From a virus (Duplodnaviria > Caudoviricetes): a stretch of 27,434 nucleotides of DNA. This document shows, in pieces, positions 1 through 9,360 of this stretch. The position numbers and the translations under genes were made by a program. The stretch's first letter is position 1; each line of letters begins with the position of its first letter. The notes below the pieces were generated by a model. It was not told where the DNA came from and did not search any database. It was given only the letters and a program-made list of their open reading frames with translations. The stretch is from positions 1 through 27,434 of the IMG/VR virus record IMGVR_UViG_3300029821_000146; one strand, written 5' to 3'.

Positions 1-822
1 ATGACCAACGTCATTGCTCTAAACCGTTCAGCCATGAACCCACTCACCGCATGGAGAAACTGGCTAATAGCCTCCGACCTATCACCCCAAACGATCCGGC
101 TCCGCACCTACCAGATGCGCCGATTCGCAGAACACCACCCCGATCTGCTCGCCGTAACGGCCACCCACCTGACCAACTGGCTCGCCCGCCCAGATTGGTC
201 CACAGAGACCCGGCGATCGCAGCTCTCCGCGCTCCGCAGCTTCTACGGCTGGGCCTACGCATCCGGCCTCACCGCCACCGACCCCTCCCGCCTCCTGGCG
301 CGCATCAGATCGTCCCGAAAGCGAGTCCGTTACCCCGCTCCCGAAGGCGCCATTCAGATGGCTCTAGCCACCTCCGATTCCCGGACTCAGCTCATGATTC
401 TTCTCGGATACCGTGAAGCGCTCCGCCGGGGAGAAATCGCGGTTGTGCACAGCGACGACCTGATCGAGGATTTGGCCGGCTGGTCACTGGTGGTTCATGG
501 AAAGGGCCGCCGGGATCGGATCATTCCCTTGGCCGACGACATTGCTGCTCGGCTCCGGTCGCTCCCGCGTGGCTGGGCATTCCCCGGCCAAGTCGACGGA
601 CACCTATCAGCTGGTCACGTCGGAGTACTTCTCTCCCGAGCGCTGCCGGCTCACTGGACCGGGCACACCCTGCGGCACCGCTGGGCTACCACGGCGTACT
701 CCCGCACCGGCGATATCCGTGCCGTCCAGGAGGTGCTCGGCCACGCGTCGGTCGCGACCACTCAGATCTACGTGGAGATCCCAGACGAAGCGCTGAGAGC
801 CGCGGTCAACGCTGCAGCATGA
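1..822 (+). CDS. int: Tyrosine integrase (short, lacking N-terminal arm-binding domain)
   Basis: Catalytic motifs LRRGE (R), HGKG (K), HTLRH (HxxR), LGHAS (H), TQIY (Y); only 273 aa; C-terminus ends ALRAAVNAAA. Confidence 0.96.
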   Translation: MTNVIALNRSAMNPLTAWRNWLIASDLSPQTIRLRTYQMRRFAEHHPDLLAVTATHLTNWLARPDWSTETRRSQLSALRSFYGWAYASGLTATDPSRLLARIRSSRKRVRYPAPEGAIQMALATSDSRTQLMILLGYREALRRGEIAVVHSDDLIEDLAGWSLVVHGKGRRDRIIPLADDIAARLRSLPRGWAFPGQVDGHLSAGHVGVLLSRALPAHWTGHTLRHRWATTAYSRTGDIRAVQEVLGHASVATTQIYVEIPDEALRAAVNAAA

Positions 823-823
823 C

Positions 824-856
824 GAAGGGCCCCGGGGATGCAACCCGGGGCCCTTC
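824..856. terminator. Hairpin between convergent int and holin; likely bidirectional terminator
   Basis: Perfect 13-bp inverted repeat GAAGGGCCCCGGG (824-836) / CCCGGGGCCCTTC (844-856) with a 7-nt loop. Confidence 0.8.
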
Positions 857-866
857 TCTCATCCAC

Positions 867-1295
867 CTAACCGTTCGCGGGATCATCCTCGACCGGGGGA
901 TCTTCCTCACCCTCGGCCGGATCCGGTTCAGCCGTCGCGTCCGGATCCTCGTCAGGGACCTCGACCGGCGCCGGCGTGATATCGGTTACCGACTCCCACT
1001 TGGCCAGCGGCCCCTTCACCATGTTGTAGATCGCCTGCGTCACCACCACGATGCCGGCGAAGATCACGAACCAGCGCACCAGCTGGGCCACCGCGTCGGG
1101 TGGCACCCCGTCGATCTTCCCGGACGCCAGCAGGTACAGCACCGCCAGCACCGCCGACACGGCCACCACGGTGACCCGCTTCGCCGTCGCCGACCAATGC
1201 GACTGCACCACCAGCGAGATCAGCGGCAGCGCCACCAACCCCAGCACCACGGTCCACGCCCAATCGAACGTGGAGCCGAGCACGATTCCACCCAT
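867..1295 (-). CDS. Holin-like membrane protein
   Basis: Three hydrophobic segments, acidic C-terminal tail, directly downstream of the lysin; AGAAGGGAG RBS. Confidence 0.75.
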   Translation of the reverse strand: MGGIVLGSTFDWAWTVVLGLVALPLISLVVQSHWSATAKRVTVVAVSAVLAVLYLLASGKIDGVPPDAVAQLVRWFVIFAGIVVVTQAIYNMVKGPLAKWESVTDITPAPVEVPDEDPDATAEPDPAEGEEDPPVEDDPANG

Positions 1296-1318
1296 GTCGA
1301 TCTCCCTTCTCCTTCGCC

Positions 1319-2497
1319 CTACAGGGCCTGGTTGTACTGCTGCGTGAGCCGCAACAGAGTCGCCACCTCGGTGACGATCGCCTTCCTGGTGAGCGCGGTC
1401 ACCGGTGCCGCGGTTGCGACCGCCTTCTGGCCGTAGTTGTTGAACCCGAGCACGCCGACCGACCGGAGCTTGAGTTGCACGTTCTCGCCGGTCTCGATCT
1501 GCAGCTGAGCCGCCCAGAACTCGACCTGAGCCCGCCGCAGGTGCGACGCGTCCGACACCAGCGCGTAGGTGGTGACACCAGCACGGCGCAGCACCGGGAG
1601 CGAACCGAGCGCGTTCCCGATGGTCGAGCTGGCCGACTCCTCAGTGAGGACCCGGCCCGGATCGATACCGGCGCACACCATCCACGCCTTCCCGGCCGCA
1701 GCCTCGGTGACGCCGTTGCGCGCCTTCCCGCCGGTGATCAGCACCTTCGCGGCCGGGTAGCGATCCAGTGCCGCCTTCGCGAGCACCAGGCGGCGCCGGA
1801 ACTGCTCCAGGACCGACCCGTCCGCCTTCAGCGCGGCACCCAGGACGACGTACACGTCGGCGACCAGGGCGGCCGGCTCCCAGGTGATCGCCATGCCCTT
1901 GTCGGCGCGATCCCACGCGGCGAGGAACTCGGCCCACCGCGGCCCGTCGAACGCCGAGCGCTGCTGCAGCAAGGCCATCGGTTTGGCGTAGCTCTTGCCC
2001 CTGGACTTGGCGGCCAGGATGCGGCCCTGGAACTCCTCGGGGCTGATCAGCCGGGCCACGTCGGTCCAGCCGCGTGAACGCATGTACGGCGCCCGGTAGC
2101 CGTTTACGGCGCCCTGCCACGAGACCCAGCGCTTCCCGTCGCGGACCACGATGACGTGCCCCGGGCCGCGCATCGTATCGCCCGGCTTGAGGACCGCGGT
2201 GAGCGCCTTCAGCGTCTTGTACTGCCGGACGCTGATCCGCTTGTAGAGGCCGGTTGCGACCAGGCGGGAGACGATGTTGACGTTCCACAGGGGGTTGGCC
2301 ATGTTCACCGGTGCGCCGGCGAGGTAGTTGATCGCTGCGCTGGACAGCGAGCAATCGAGCTTCCCTCCGGGTACCCAGCGGCGCCGCTTCAGGTCGACAC
2401 CGGTGCGCCGTCCCTTCAGGTCCTGGGTGTAGCGGATGCGGGGACGTGCGGCGACCAGCGCGTCACACTGCGCCTGAATTCCCTTGGTCGTGATCAT
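1319..2497 (-). CDS. Endolysin: N-terminal NlpC/P60 (Amidase_5-like) domain fused to C-terminal DUF218 (YdcF/ElyC-like) domain
   Basis: N-term Y-x-Q...LDCS...LKPGD...GHV...W-x4-R. C-term VVLGAAL...RRL...LITGG...TEA...TEESASSTIGNA...LVSDASHLRRA. Lies between tail genes and holin. Confidence 0.8.
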   Translation of the reverse strand: MITTKGIQAQCDALVAARPRIRYTQDLKGRRTGVDLKRRRWVPGGKLDCSLSSAAINYLAGAPVNMANPLWNVNIVSRLVATGLYKRISVRQYKTLKALTAVLKPGDTMRGPGHVIVVRDGKRWVSWQGAVNGYRAPYMRSRGWTDVARLISPEEFQGRILAAKSRGKSYAKPMALLQQRSAFDGPRWAEFLAAWDRADKGMAITWEPAALVADVYVVLGAALKADGSVLEQFRRRLVLAKAALDRYPAAKVLITGGKARNGVTEAAAGKAWMVCAGIDPGRVLTEESASSTIGNALGSLPVLRRAGVTTYALVSDASHLRRAQVEFWAAQLQIETGENVQLKLRSVGVLGFNNYGQKAVATAAPVTALTRKAIVTEVATLLRLTQQYNQAL

Positions 2498-2898
2498 CGT
2501 TCGGTCTCCTTTTCGAGGTTGGTCACGCGCTCATCGAGCGCGGTGATCCGGTAATCGGTGTCTTCGGTGAGGCCGTCGATTCGGACATCGAGGCGGGCGT
2601 GCTCTTCCTCGCCCCACTTCTTGATCTCGCCGTCCTTCACGATCAGGCCCTCGACCTGCTGCGCGATCTGCAGCAACAGCAGGTGGCTGGAATCCACGAC
2701 ATCGCGGGTGGTACCGGGGTTGGGTGGCGTCCCGTCCGGGATCGCTCGCGTCGGTAACTGCTCGGCCGGATCGGATGGGCTCAGTTCTGCGCGGACGGCG
2801 CGGATCTCGCGCTGCCACTTCACCCACGCGAAGACCGCTCCGGTCAGTGATGCTGCAGCCGTCAACACCGCAGCGACGGCAAGTGCGTAATCAGCCAT
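2494..2898 (-). CDS. Membrane-anchored protein of the lysis cassette
   Basis: N-terminal TM helix, C-terminal coiled coil; its stop overlaps the lysin start (ATGA). Confidence 0.7.
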   Translation of the reverse strand: MADYALAVAAVLTAAASLTGAVFAWVKWQREIRAVRAELSPSDPAEQLPTRAIPDGTPPNPGTTRDVVDSSHLLLLQIAQQVEGLIVKDGEIKKWGEEEHARLDVRIDGLTEDTDYRITALDERVTNLEKETER

Positions 2899-2904
2899 GG
2901 CGAA

Positions 2905-3387
2905 TCACAACCGGATGAGTGACCAGGCGGCAGGCGTCCGCAGCGTGTAGGTCGCGTTCCCGCCGAACGAGAACGAGATCTGCCCACCGCCAGCGTCACC
3001 CACGAGGATCACCGCGGAGATCACCAGCATGTTGTAACCGCCTCCGCCGCCGTTCGCCTCGACCCCCGGGTCATCCAGCGATGTCACCGCGGCGTTACCC
3101 ACGATCGCGGCGTTCGCCCACTGACTGGCGGCCAGCCCGACACGCGCCTTGAGGGACAACAGGTAGCGGCCGGCTGGGATGCCCCCGATTGCCGTGGCAG
3201 GGGAGCCGACTGTTACCACGCCAGCGATCTCGGTAGCGCTGATAGTTGGAGTAAGGGTCGCGCCGCCTGCGGTGATGGACTGGCCCGCTGTACCTGCCGT
3301 TCCGCGCGCGAACGGTGGGTTGTCGAGGTTGTTCAGGTGGTCCCAGATGGAGGACGAACTGTTTGCGTTGAATCGAGTGCTGGTCAT
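2905..3387 (-). CDS. Minor tail / receptor-binding-like protein
   Basis: G/A/T-rich, beta-type composition; last gene of the tail cluster; GGAGG RBS. Confidence 0.6.
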   Translation of the reverse strand: MTSTRFNANSSSSIWDHLNNLDNPPFARGTAGTAGQSITAGGATLTPTISATEIAGVVTVGSPATAIGGIPAGRYLLSLKARVGLAASQWANAAIVGNAAVTSLDDPGVEANGGGGGYNMLVISAVILVGDAGGGQISFSFGGNATYTLRTPAAWSLIRL

Positions 3388-3396
3388 GGTGCCCTC

Positions 3397-4137
3397 CTAG
3401 GCGTAGTTGATGGACAGGTTGGGGATCGCGGCCGATTTCGAAGCCACGTACTCCGCGGTGGTCGAGCGAGTCTCATCGATCATTCCGATCGCGTTGGCCG
3501 CTCCCGAGGCCAGTTGCGGTAGCCAGGCCGCCGGGAGGGCGAACGTCACCGCCCCGGATGTCGGGAGCACGGGAGCCGCCACGGTGGCCAGCCGGGTGAT
3601 CGCCGCGTTCGAGACGGGGCGGGATGTGGGAGCGGAGAAGAGAGCGACCTTTGCTGTGGTCGACGCATCCGACGACTGGATAGTGATCGACGCACCGGTG
3701 ATGTTCAGCCCAGCTGCACCCGGGTAGTACGACAGGGTGTCCAGCATCACGTCCTGGGTCACAGTCCAGGTCAGCTCAGACCCATTCCAGTAGGGGGTCG
3801 ACAACCGAGACTGGCCGAATCTCCACCCGCCGTCCTGAACAAGGCCAGTCTCCCGAGTGATGGTCCCCGTCCAGCCAGCCGGAACGATCAGCGTGCCCGC
3901 CGCCGGCACCGACCCATCGATTGCTGGATTCGCCGGGTATGCAGTCGGCCCCGTACCCAGTAGCGCCAACCCCCAGCAGACCCCGTCCTGCTCGCCCACC
4001 AGCACCCAATCGCCAGCCTGGGCGCCCGAGCAATGGCGTCCCATCGACACCTTTCGGTTCGCCGACTCACCCTGCCGGCGGACCTCCAGCGAACCGGCCG
4101 CGTACGCCGTCCTCGCCTGCGCCTTCCACACGTTCAT
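3397..4137 (-). CDS. Minor tail protein
   Basis: Position in tail cluster, ATGA overlap with upstream gene, N-terminal AGDWVLV motif typical of tail-tip proteins. Confidence 0.65.
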   Translation of the reverse strand: MNVWKAQARTAYAAGSLEVRRQGESANRKVSMGRHCSGAQAGDWVLVGEQDGVCWGLALLGTGPTAYPANPAIDGSVPAAGTLIVPAGWTGTITRETGLVQDGGWRFGQSRLSTPYWNGSELTWTVTQDVMLDTLSYYPGAAGLNITGASITIQSSDASTTAKVALFSAPTSRPVSNAAITRLATVAAPVLPTSGAVTFALPAAWLPQLASGAANAIGMIDETRSTTAEYVASKSAAIPNLSINYA

Positions 4138-5144
4138 GACAGCATCGCCACCGTTCCCGACAGCGCCCCGCGCGTCAGCTCCAACGCGGTGATCCGACCC
4201 ACACCACTCACGCCCTTCCGCGTCGACCGCACCCGCGCAACCTGCCCAACCTCGGCCCGCAACGACGGCCGCGCGATGAACGTCACAGTCCGACCCGCAG
4301 ACACCTCACGCCGAGTCATCGACTCCGCGATGGCCAGCAACTTGGTGGGGTCGGCCGGGTTCAGCGGTGAAGAGTGGAAGCCCGGGTTGTAGCCGTACGG
4401 CCCGCCCCACGCCATCGGCCCATCAGGCATCGTCCACATGCGCACCACCGCCGCCTCCTCACCAGATGGCACGGTCGACACGACGTAGCCGTTGTACGGG
4501 TCGGAGTCATCCACCACCGGCTCTAGGTCAACCAGTGAGCCGCCAACGCCATCGACCAGGCTCACGGTCGGATCGCCCGGCGATGCGTCGTTCCACGCCG
4601 GCAACACCCACAACACCTGTTCACGCACCTCGCCCCGCGCAGGCCACGACTCCAGGACCTCCCACAACGCCGATATCCGGGATTCCTCCCATGTGATCAG
4701 CGCCGATGTCGCCGAGTCCGCGACACCTGAGATCACCACCGGCATGATCCCGGCCAACAGATCCCGCACCAGCTGCGAGCGAGACGTACCCACCGCCACC
4801 TGCATTGACGTCGGGAACCGGAACCTCTCCACCTCGCGCAACAGCCCGACACCGCTGCACTGGACAACCGGCCCGGACAACTTCGGACGGTTCAGCCGGA
4901 ACCATCCCCACGTACGCAGACCGTCACCCTGGTCGACCTGTGCCCACACCCGCTGACCCATCGCGGCCAACGGGTGCCGATCGGTCGTCGGGATCCACTC
5001 CGGCACCGCAGGAACCGAGAACTCGATCGTTCCCGGCACCTGCACACCGGCCTGATTCGTCACCTTCCACGACCCGGCCACCACCGGGATCTTCCCCAGC
5101 GCGGTCCCGCCGAGCCAGGAGGTCAGCTGCAGCTCGGCCATCAC
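4134..5144 (-). CDS. Minor tail protein (baseplate hub-like)
   Basis: Second gene after the tape measure; W-G-G-P-Y-G and C-terminal 'EVGQVARV...GRITALEL' motifs recalled from actinophage hub proteins. Confidence 0.7.
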   Translation of the reverse strand: MMAELQLTSWLGGTALGKIPVVAGSWKVTNQAGVQVPGTIEFSVPAVPEWIPTTDRHPLAAMGQRVWAQVDQGDGLRTWGWFRLNRPKLSGPVVQCSGVGLLREVERFRFPTSMQVAVGTSRSQLVRDLLAGIMPVVISGVADSATSALITWEESRISALWEVLESWPARGEVREQVLWVLPAWNDASPGDPTVSLVDGVGGSLVDLEPVVDDSDPYNGYVVSTVPSGEEAAVVRMWTMPDGPMAWGGPYGYNPGFHSSPLNPADPTKLLAIAESMTRREVSAGRTVTFIARPSLRAEVGQVARVRSTRKGVSGVGRITALELTRGALSGTVAMLS

Positions 5145-5926
5145 GCCCCCAAATCAGCCGCGGCGATCTCGCCCAAGGTCGCCCACCGCGCAGCGATAGC
5201 ACCCAGAGTGTGCGGAGTGACCGCAGCGTCGACGTCGCCCAGAGTGGTCGATCGAGCCGACGACGCCAGATCCGGATTGCCGGCGAACACGACACACTCA
5301 CCCAGGTCGAATGCCGTCAGGTCGCCGCCGGTGACCACCAGCGGCTCCGACGACACCGCATCACCGACCGGCTGCACCCACACGTCGGCGTGCTGACCAC
5401 ATGCACAGCGCAGCAGGACGGGCTCGCCGGTGGCCAATACCTGCCAAACCTTCGCGGTAGCGGTCGCCGACGTCGCCAATAGCCGCAGCGGAACGCGAGC
5501 GTTCATCGGTACATCGGCCACCACCCACGGTGTCGGGTCACCCTCCACCTGAACCACCGTCACCCGATTGGCACGCGAAGCCGTGTCCCTGGTGATAACC
5601 GCAATGTCGGCGAGCAGGCCGGACACCGGATCAGCGATCGCGGAAAGCTGTGACGTCACAGTGAGTTGGTCGCTCTCGTCCGACGCACCGGTCGACGTCG
5701 TCACCACCCAAGACGCCGCACGGTTCAGCGGCGCCTCCGGATCGATGACGACCCGTGACGCGGCCGGGACCGACACCGCACCCATCACCTGCACCAACGC
5801 CGCGGCGCCGACCCGACGCCACACCGTCATGGTCTCCCCAACGGCAGCACCGGTGACCGTGATCGACAGCGCTGCGGCCCGCGCCGACGTCCGAACGGCA
5901 GCAGTGATGTCTACGACCGTGACCAT
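5141..5926 (-). CDS. Distal tail-like minor tail protein
   Basis: Start reassigned to ATG 5926 (TGATG overlap with TMP stop); contains a D-x-EAPLN motif; first gene after TMP. Confidence 0.7.
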   Translation of the reverse strand: MVTVVDITAAVRTSARAAALSITVTGAAVGETMTVWRRVGAAALVQVMGAVSVPAASRVVIDPEAPLNRAASWVVTTSTGASDESDQLTVTSQLSAIADPVSGLLADIAVITRDTASRANRVTVVQVEGDPTPWVVADVPMNARVPLRLLATSATATAKVWQVLATGEPVLLRCACGQHADVWVQPVGDAVSSEPLVVTGGDLTAFDLGECVVFAGNPDLASSARSTTLGDVDAAVTPHTLGAIAARWATLGEIAAADLGA

Positions 5927-8040
5927 CAGCCCAACCTCACAATCGGCCGCGGGGAACCAGAGCTGGCAGCTCGGAGAGTTTCGTTCACCAACCGCTCCTG
6001 AGCCGCGGTGATCAGCAACCCCAGCGCCTGGATCGCGGCGACCAGCTCGGACACGCTCGCCGGCTGCGCCTGGCCACCAGAAACGCCACCGTTGGCGTAC
6101 TGGACCACACCCAACCGGCGGCCGATCTCCCACCAGACCGGTACCGACGTCGACCGCTTGGACGCCGCCAGCGGTACGTAGCCCTCGCCACCGGTCTCGG
6201 GCTCCGCCCATAGCCTCATCGCGCCGGCCTTCGCGATCTGCGCCACATGACGCTCAGCGCCACCGAGGATGCCACCGCCGGCCATCGCGATCATCTGGAA
6301 CTTGGCCGCTCCGTTGCCCTTCCCGGCCACGATCTTGACCTTGGAGATCACCGTGCCCTTCTCCACCTCGGCCTGCAGCTTGACCTTCTTGTCTTTCAGG
6401 TCATCGATCTTCTTCTTCAGCTTGTCGACCTCGGCCGTGTCGCCCTCAGCCTTGGCCCGGATCAGCTTGTCTTTCAGCTCGGCCAGCTGAGACTTCACGT
6501 TGGCGAGCTTCGCCGACGCCTCATCAGCAGCCGAGACCGTGACCTTCTTCTTGATCGGGATCTGGTTGATCCCGTCCGCAGCATCCCGAGCGGCCTTGCC
6601 GACATCGCGCACGCTGGCCGCGGCACCCTTCGCCCACTCGAAGCCGGGGATATTCCCCAGCCCGTCGAGGAACGCGGCAAGCCCGTCCATTACCCACCCG
6701 AAGCCCATCACGATGCCCTTCAGGGCCGGCTGCAGCGCGTTGTTCCACAACCACACCCCGGCATCCGCGATCGCCTTGAACGTCACATCTACGACCTGCC
6801 GGAACTCCTTGCAGTTGTTGTACGCGTAGATGATCCCGGCGACCAGGGCGGCGATCGCGATCACCACCAGCGCGATCGGGTTGGCCGACATGACCACGTT
6901 GAGCACGCCCTGGACGATCGCCCACGCCTTCGTCGCCTGGCCGACCGTGAGCAAGTACTTCACGAATCCGCCAGCAGCCTGAGCGTTCTGGACCACCACC
7001 AACGCGCCATAGGCGACCGTGAGCACGCCGACCACAGTTGCGGTCGTACCGATCGCCGTCTGGTTATCCCGGAAGAACGCCGCCGCCCCGTTCAGCGCCG
7101 GGATCAGAACACCGGTGATCGTGGTCGCACCTGTCGTGAGCAGGGGCAAGAGCTTCGCTCCGAACTGGATCTGGAAACCCTCGACCGCAGCGTTCCAATC
7201 CCGCTGGGCCACCTTCGACGCCACCAGCGCCGCGAGGTTCTCACCGGTCAGCGTCTCCCCGAACTTGTCGCTCTTGGCCGCCAGCTCGGCCAGCCCGGCC
7301 GCACCCTTGTTCAGGAACGGCAGCATCGCCGCACCGCTCTTCCCGAACAACTTCATAGCCAGCGCCGTCTTCTCCGGCCCGTCAGGCATCGTCTTGAACT
7401 TCTCAGCGATCTCCGGGAGTAGCTGCGACATCGGCCGGGCATTGCCCTCCGCGTCGGAGTAGGCGATACCCAGCTTGGTCAGCGCGTTCTCGTTGGCCTC
7501 ACCCTGCGCGGTCACCGCGGCGAGCTTCGCCTTCAGCGCCGCCATCTTCTCGGTGTAGCCGGCCGTCGACGGACCAGCCGCCTCCAGCGCCGCGATCTGG
7601 GCTTTGATCGCCTTCGTCTTGGCCTCGGTGGTCGCTTTGAGCGCCTCGTCCTTCTGGAGCCAGTTCTGGAGGTTCTTGGCGAAGATCGTCGCAGCCTTCC
7701 CCGCCACACCGAGGTCGACGCCGCTCATCTTCAGCTGGAACCGGAGCCGCGACGCCTCTTCGGCGGTGAGGCCCAGGTTCCGCTTGAACGGGATCACCTC
7801 GCCGGCGGCCCCCTGGAAAGCGGCGACCGAGTCCTTGCCCATCTTTACCGCGGCGCCAGCCACCGCCACCGCGGCCGCAGCGATCGCGGCCGTCTTCGCA
7901 GCGGTCTTCCCAGCTTCAGTACCGCTGCCCTTGATCTTGGAGTTCACGGTGGCCGCAGCCTTACCCAGCGTCGGGTCGACCAGGCCCACGAACTTCACCA
8001 CCAGCTGCCGAACAGCAGCCGACGCCCCACCGCTAGCCAT
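5926..8040 (-). CDS. Tape measure protein
   Basis: Longest tail ORF, Ala-rich helical; ANPIALVVIAIAALVAG and 'ALAMKLFGKSG' TMP motifs; C-terminal WAEPETGGEGYVPL. Start at ATG 8040. Confidence 0.93.
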   Translation of the reverse strand: MASGGASAAVRQLVVKFVGLVDPTLGKAAATVNSKIKGSGTEAGKTAAKTAAIAAAAVAVAGAAVKMGKDSVAAFQGAAGEVIPFKRNLGLTAEEASRLRFQLKMSGVDLGVAGKAATIFAKNLQNWLQKDEALKATTEAKTKAIKAQIAALEAAGPSTAGYTEKMAALKAKLAAVTAQGEANENALTKLGIAYSDAEGNARPMSQLLPEIAEKFKTMPDGPEKTALAMKLFGKSGAAMLPFLNKGAAGLAELAAKSDKFGETLTGENLAALVASKVAQRDWNAAVEGFQIQFGAKLLPLLTTGATTITGVLIPALNGAAAFFRDNQTAIGTTATVVGVLTVAYGALVVVQNAQAAGGFVKYLLTVGQATKAWAIVQGVLNVVMSANPIALVVIAIAALVAGIIYAYNNCKEFRQVVDVTFKAIADAGVWLWNNALQPALKGIVMGFGWVMDGLAAFLDGLGNIPGFEWAKGAAASVRDVGKAARDAADGINQIPIKKKVTVSAADEASAKLANVKSQLAELKDKLIRAKAEGDTAEVDKLKKKIDDLKDKKVKLQAEVEKGTVISKVKIVAGKGNGAAKFQMIAMAGGGILGGAERHVAQIAKAGAMRLWAEPETGGEGYVPLAASKRSTSVPVWWEIGRRLGVVQYANGGVSGGQAQPASVSELVAAIQALGLLITAAQERLVNETLRAASSGSPRPIVRLG

Positions 8041-8488
8041 GCTGACTCCACTCACGCTCTACTGCACGAACCACACCCAGCCACCGCTCGACCATCCGGT
8101 CGGAGTCCTGCCGCAGCTGCGGATAGAAGAAATAGCCCTCACGGCCCTTGTGGGGACGGAACTGCATCGTGGTCTTACGGGCCTGGCCACCGAACTCGGC
8201 ACCAAAGAAGATCTCTCCACGGGTAGCGCCACCGGAGACCTTCGCCTTCGCCGGGCCGCCCGCGACGATCGCCGGGACCCGATCCCGGCGGGCCTTGATG
8301 AACGGAGCGACCGCGGCGGCCTGAGCGCTGGAACCGACCGCCGCGGTACGAATCTTCACGGCTTCCTCATCGGCGATCGCCTGCGCCTGGGCCCGGATCT
8401 CGGCCTGGGCGGTCTTCGGCAACGCCGACAGCCGCTTGAGCATGCCCGGCAGGTCATCGATTCTCGCGATTGGTTCCACCGGGCTCAC
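8033..8488 (-). CDS. HK97 gp10-like virion morphogenesis protein
   Basis: GTG start overlapping upstream stop (GTGA); 'FFGAEFGG...YFFYP' motif. Confidence 0.6.
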   Translation of the reverse strand: MSPVEPIARIDDLPGMLKRLSALPKTAQAEIRAQAQAIADEEAVKIRTAAVGSSAQAAAVAPFIKARRDRVPAIVAGGPAKAKVSGGATRGEIFFGAEFGGQARKTTMQFRPHKGREGYFFYPQLRQDSDRMVERWLGVVRAVEREWSQHG

Positions 8489-8636
8489 CCCTTCTGCTGT
8501 CGTCTCTGGATCTCTTCGAGCAAGTTGAGCGTTGTAGCGATCGCGGCCGGCTCCTCGCGCTCCCACTCGCTGGGGAGCCGGCCCGTGCTGACCGCCAGTG
8601 CGCAGATCAGCTCGCCGAGGGATCCGGGTTCGTAGG
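8485..8636 (-). CDS. Tail assembly chaperone, -1 frameshift extension (GT-like product)
   Basis: The -1 frame after GAC CCT AC reads PYEPGSLGELICALAVSTGRLPSEWEREEPAAIATTLNLLEEIQRRQQKG* and fills the gap to the next gene exactly. Not in the ORF track. Confidence 0.7.
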
Positions 8637-8912
8637 GTCCTCCAGGTCCTCACCCTCGCCCTGGATCTCGACGTCATCGACGCGGGCCAGGAACTGGTCG
8701 AACGTCGGTTCGTCAGTGAGTTCCTGCGACCGGGCCGCCTTCCACGCGATCCAGATCAGACCCTCGGTCGAGACCCCATCGGCCAGCTGCGTCTTCGACT
8801 TCCGCTCCCACGCCACCGCATCGCCGACCCGGTTGCGGACGACCAGCGGCTCCGCACCGTCATGGAAGGTGACGCGGAACGTGTTGACCGTGCCGCTCTT
8901 GGTCCACGACAT
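8607..8912 (-). CDS. Tail assembly chaperone (G-like)
   Basis: Small acidic ORF right after the major tail gene, with DPT near the C-terminus. Confidence 0.8.
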   Translation of the reverse strand: MSWTKSGTVNTFRVTFHDGAEPLVVRNRVGDAVAWERKSKTQLADGVSTEGLIWIAWKAARSQELTDEPTFDQFLARVDDVEIQGEGEDLEDPTNPDPSAS

Positions 8913-8913
8913 A

Positions 8914-9348
8914 TCAGGGCACCGCAGCGATCGGGACCGGCTGGCCCAGGATCGGCAGGCTCACCGACTGCTCGGAGAAGCTGCCGTACTCGCCGCCGAT
9001 GATGCCGGGCACGATCTTGATCGACGCCTGGTATCCCTTCCCGCCGGCGTGCGGCCGGAAGGTGAGCGTCTGGGTCTCGCCCATGTGCGCCAGCAGGTAG
9101 TCGGCCAGCACGGTCGCCGCGGTACCCACGCCGTCGTCCTCACCGAACAGGTAGCCGACTTCAGCGGTCCACACCGGGTTGCCCATGTCGGCGAACTGAC
9201 CGTTCGGGCACGCGGTCTCGACGCGCTGGATCGAGACGTCCGGGGTGAGCTTGCAGCTCTTGGCCTGGCACTTGAAGTTCGGCGTGGTGTCCGCCTCGTC
9301 ACCGATAATCAGATCGATGTCCTTCATGAAATACGGCTTGAATGCCAT
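8914..9348 (-). CDS. Major tail (tube) protein
   Basis: 144 aa; position; 'TLTFRP...IGGEYGSFSEQSVSLPILGQP' motif typical of small actinophage tail tubes. Confidence 0.8.
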   Translation of the reverse strand: MAFKPYFMKDIDLIIGDEADTTPNFKCQAKSCKLTPDVSIQRVETACPNGQFADMGNPVWTAEVGYLFGEDDGVGTAATVLADYLLAHMGETQTLTFRPHAGGKGYQASIKIVPGIIGGEYGSFSEQSVSLPILGQPVPIAAVP

Positions 9349-9360
9349 TTCGGGTTCTCC

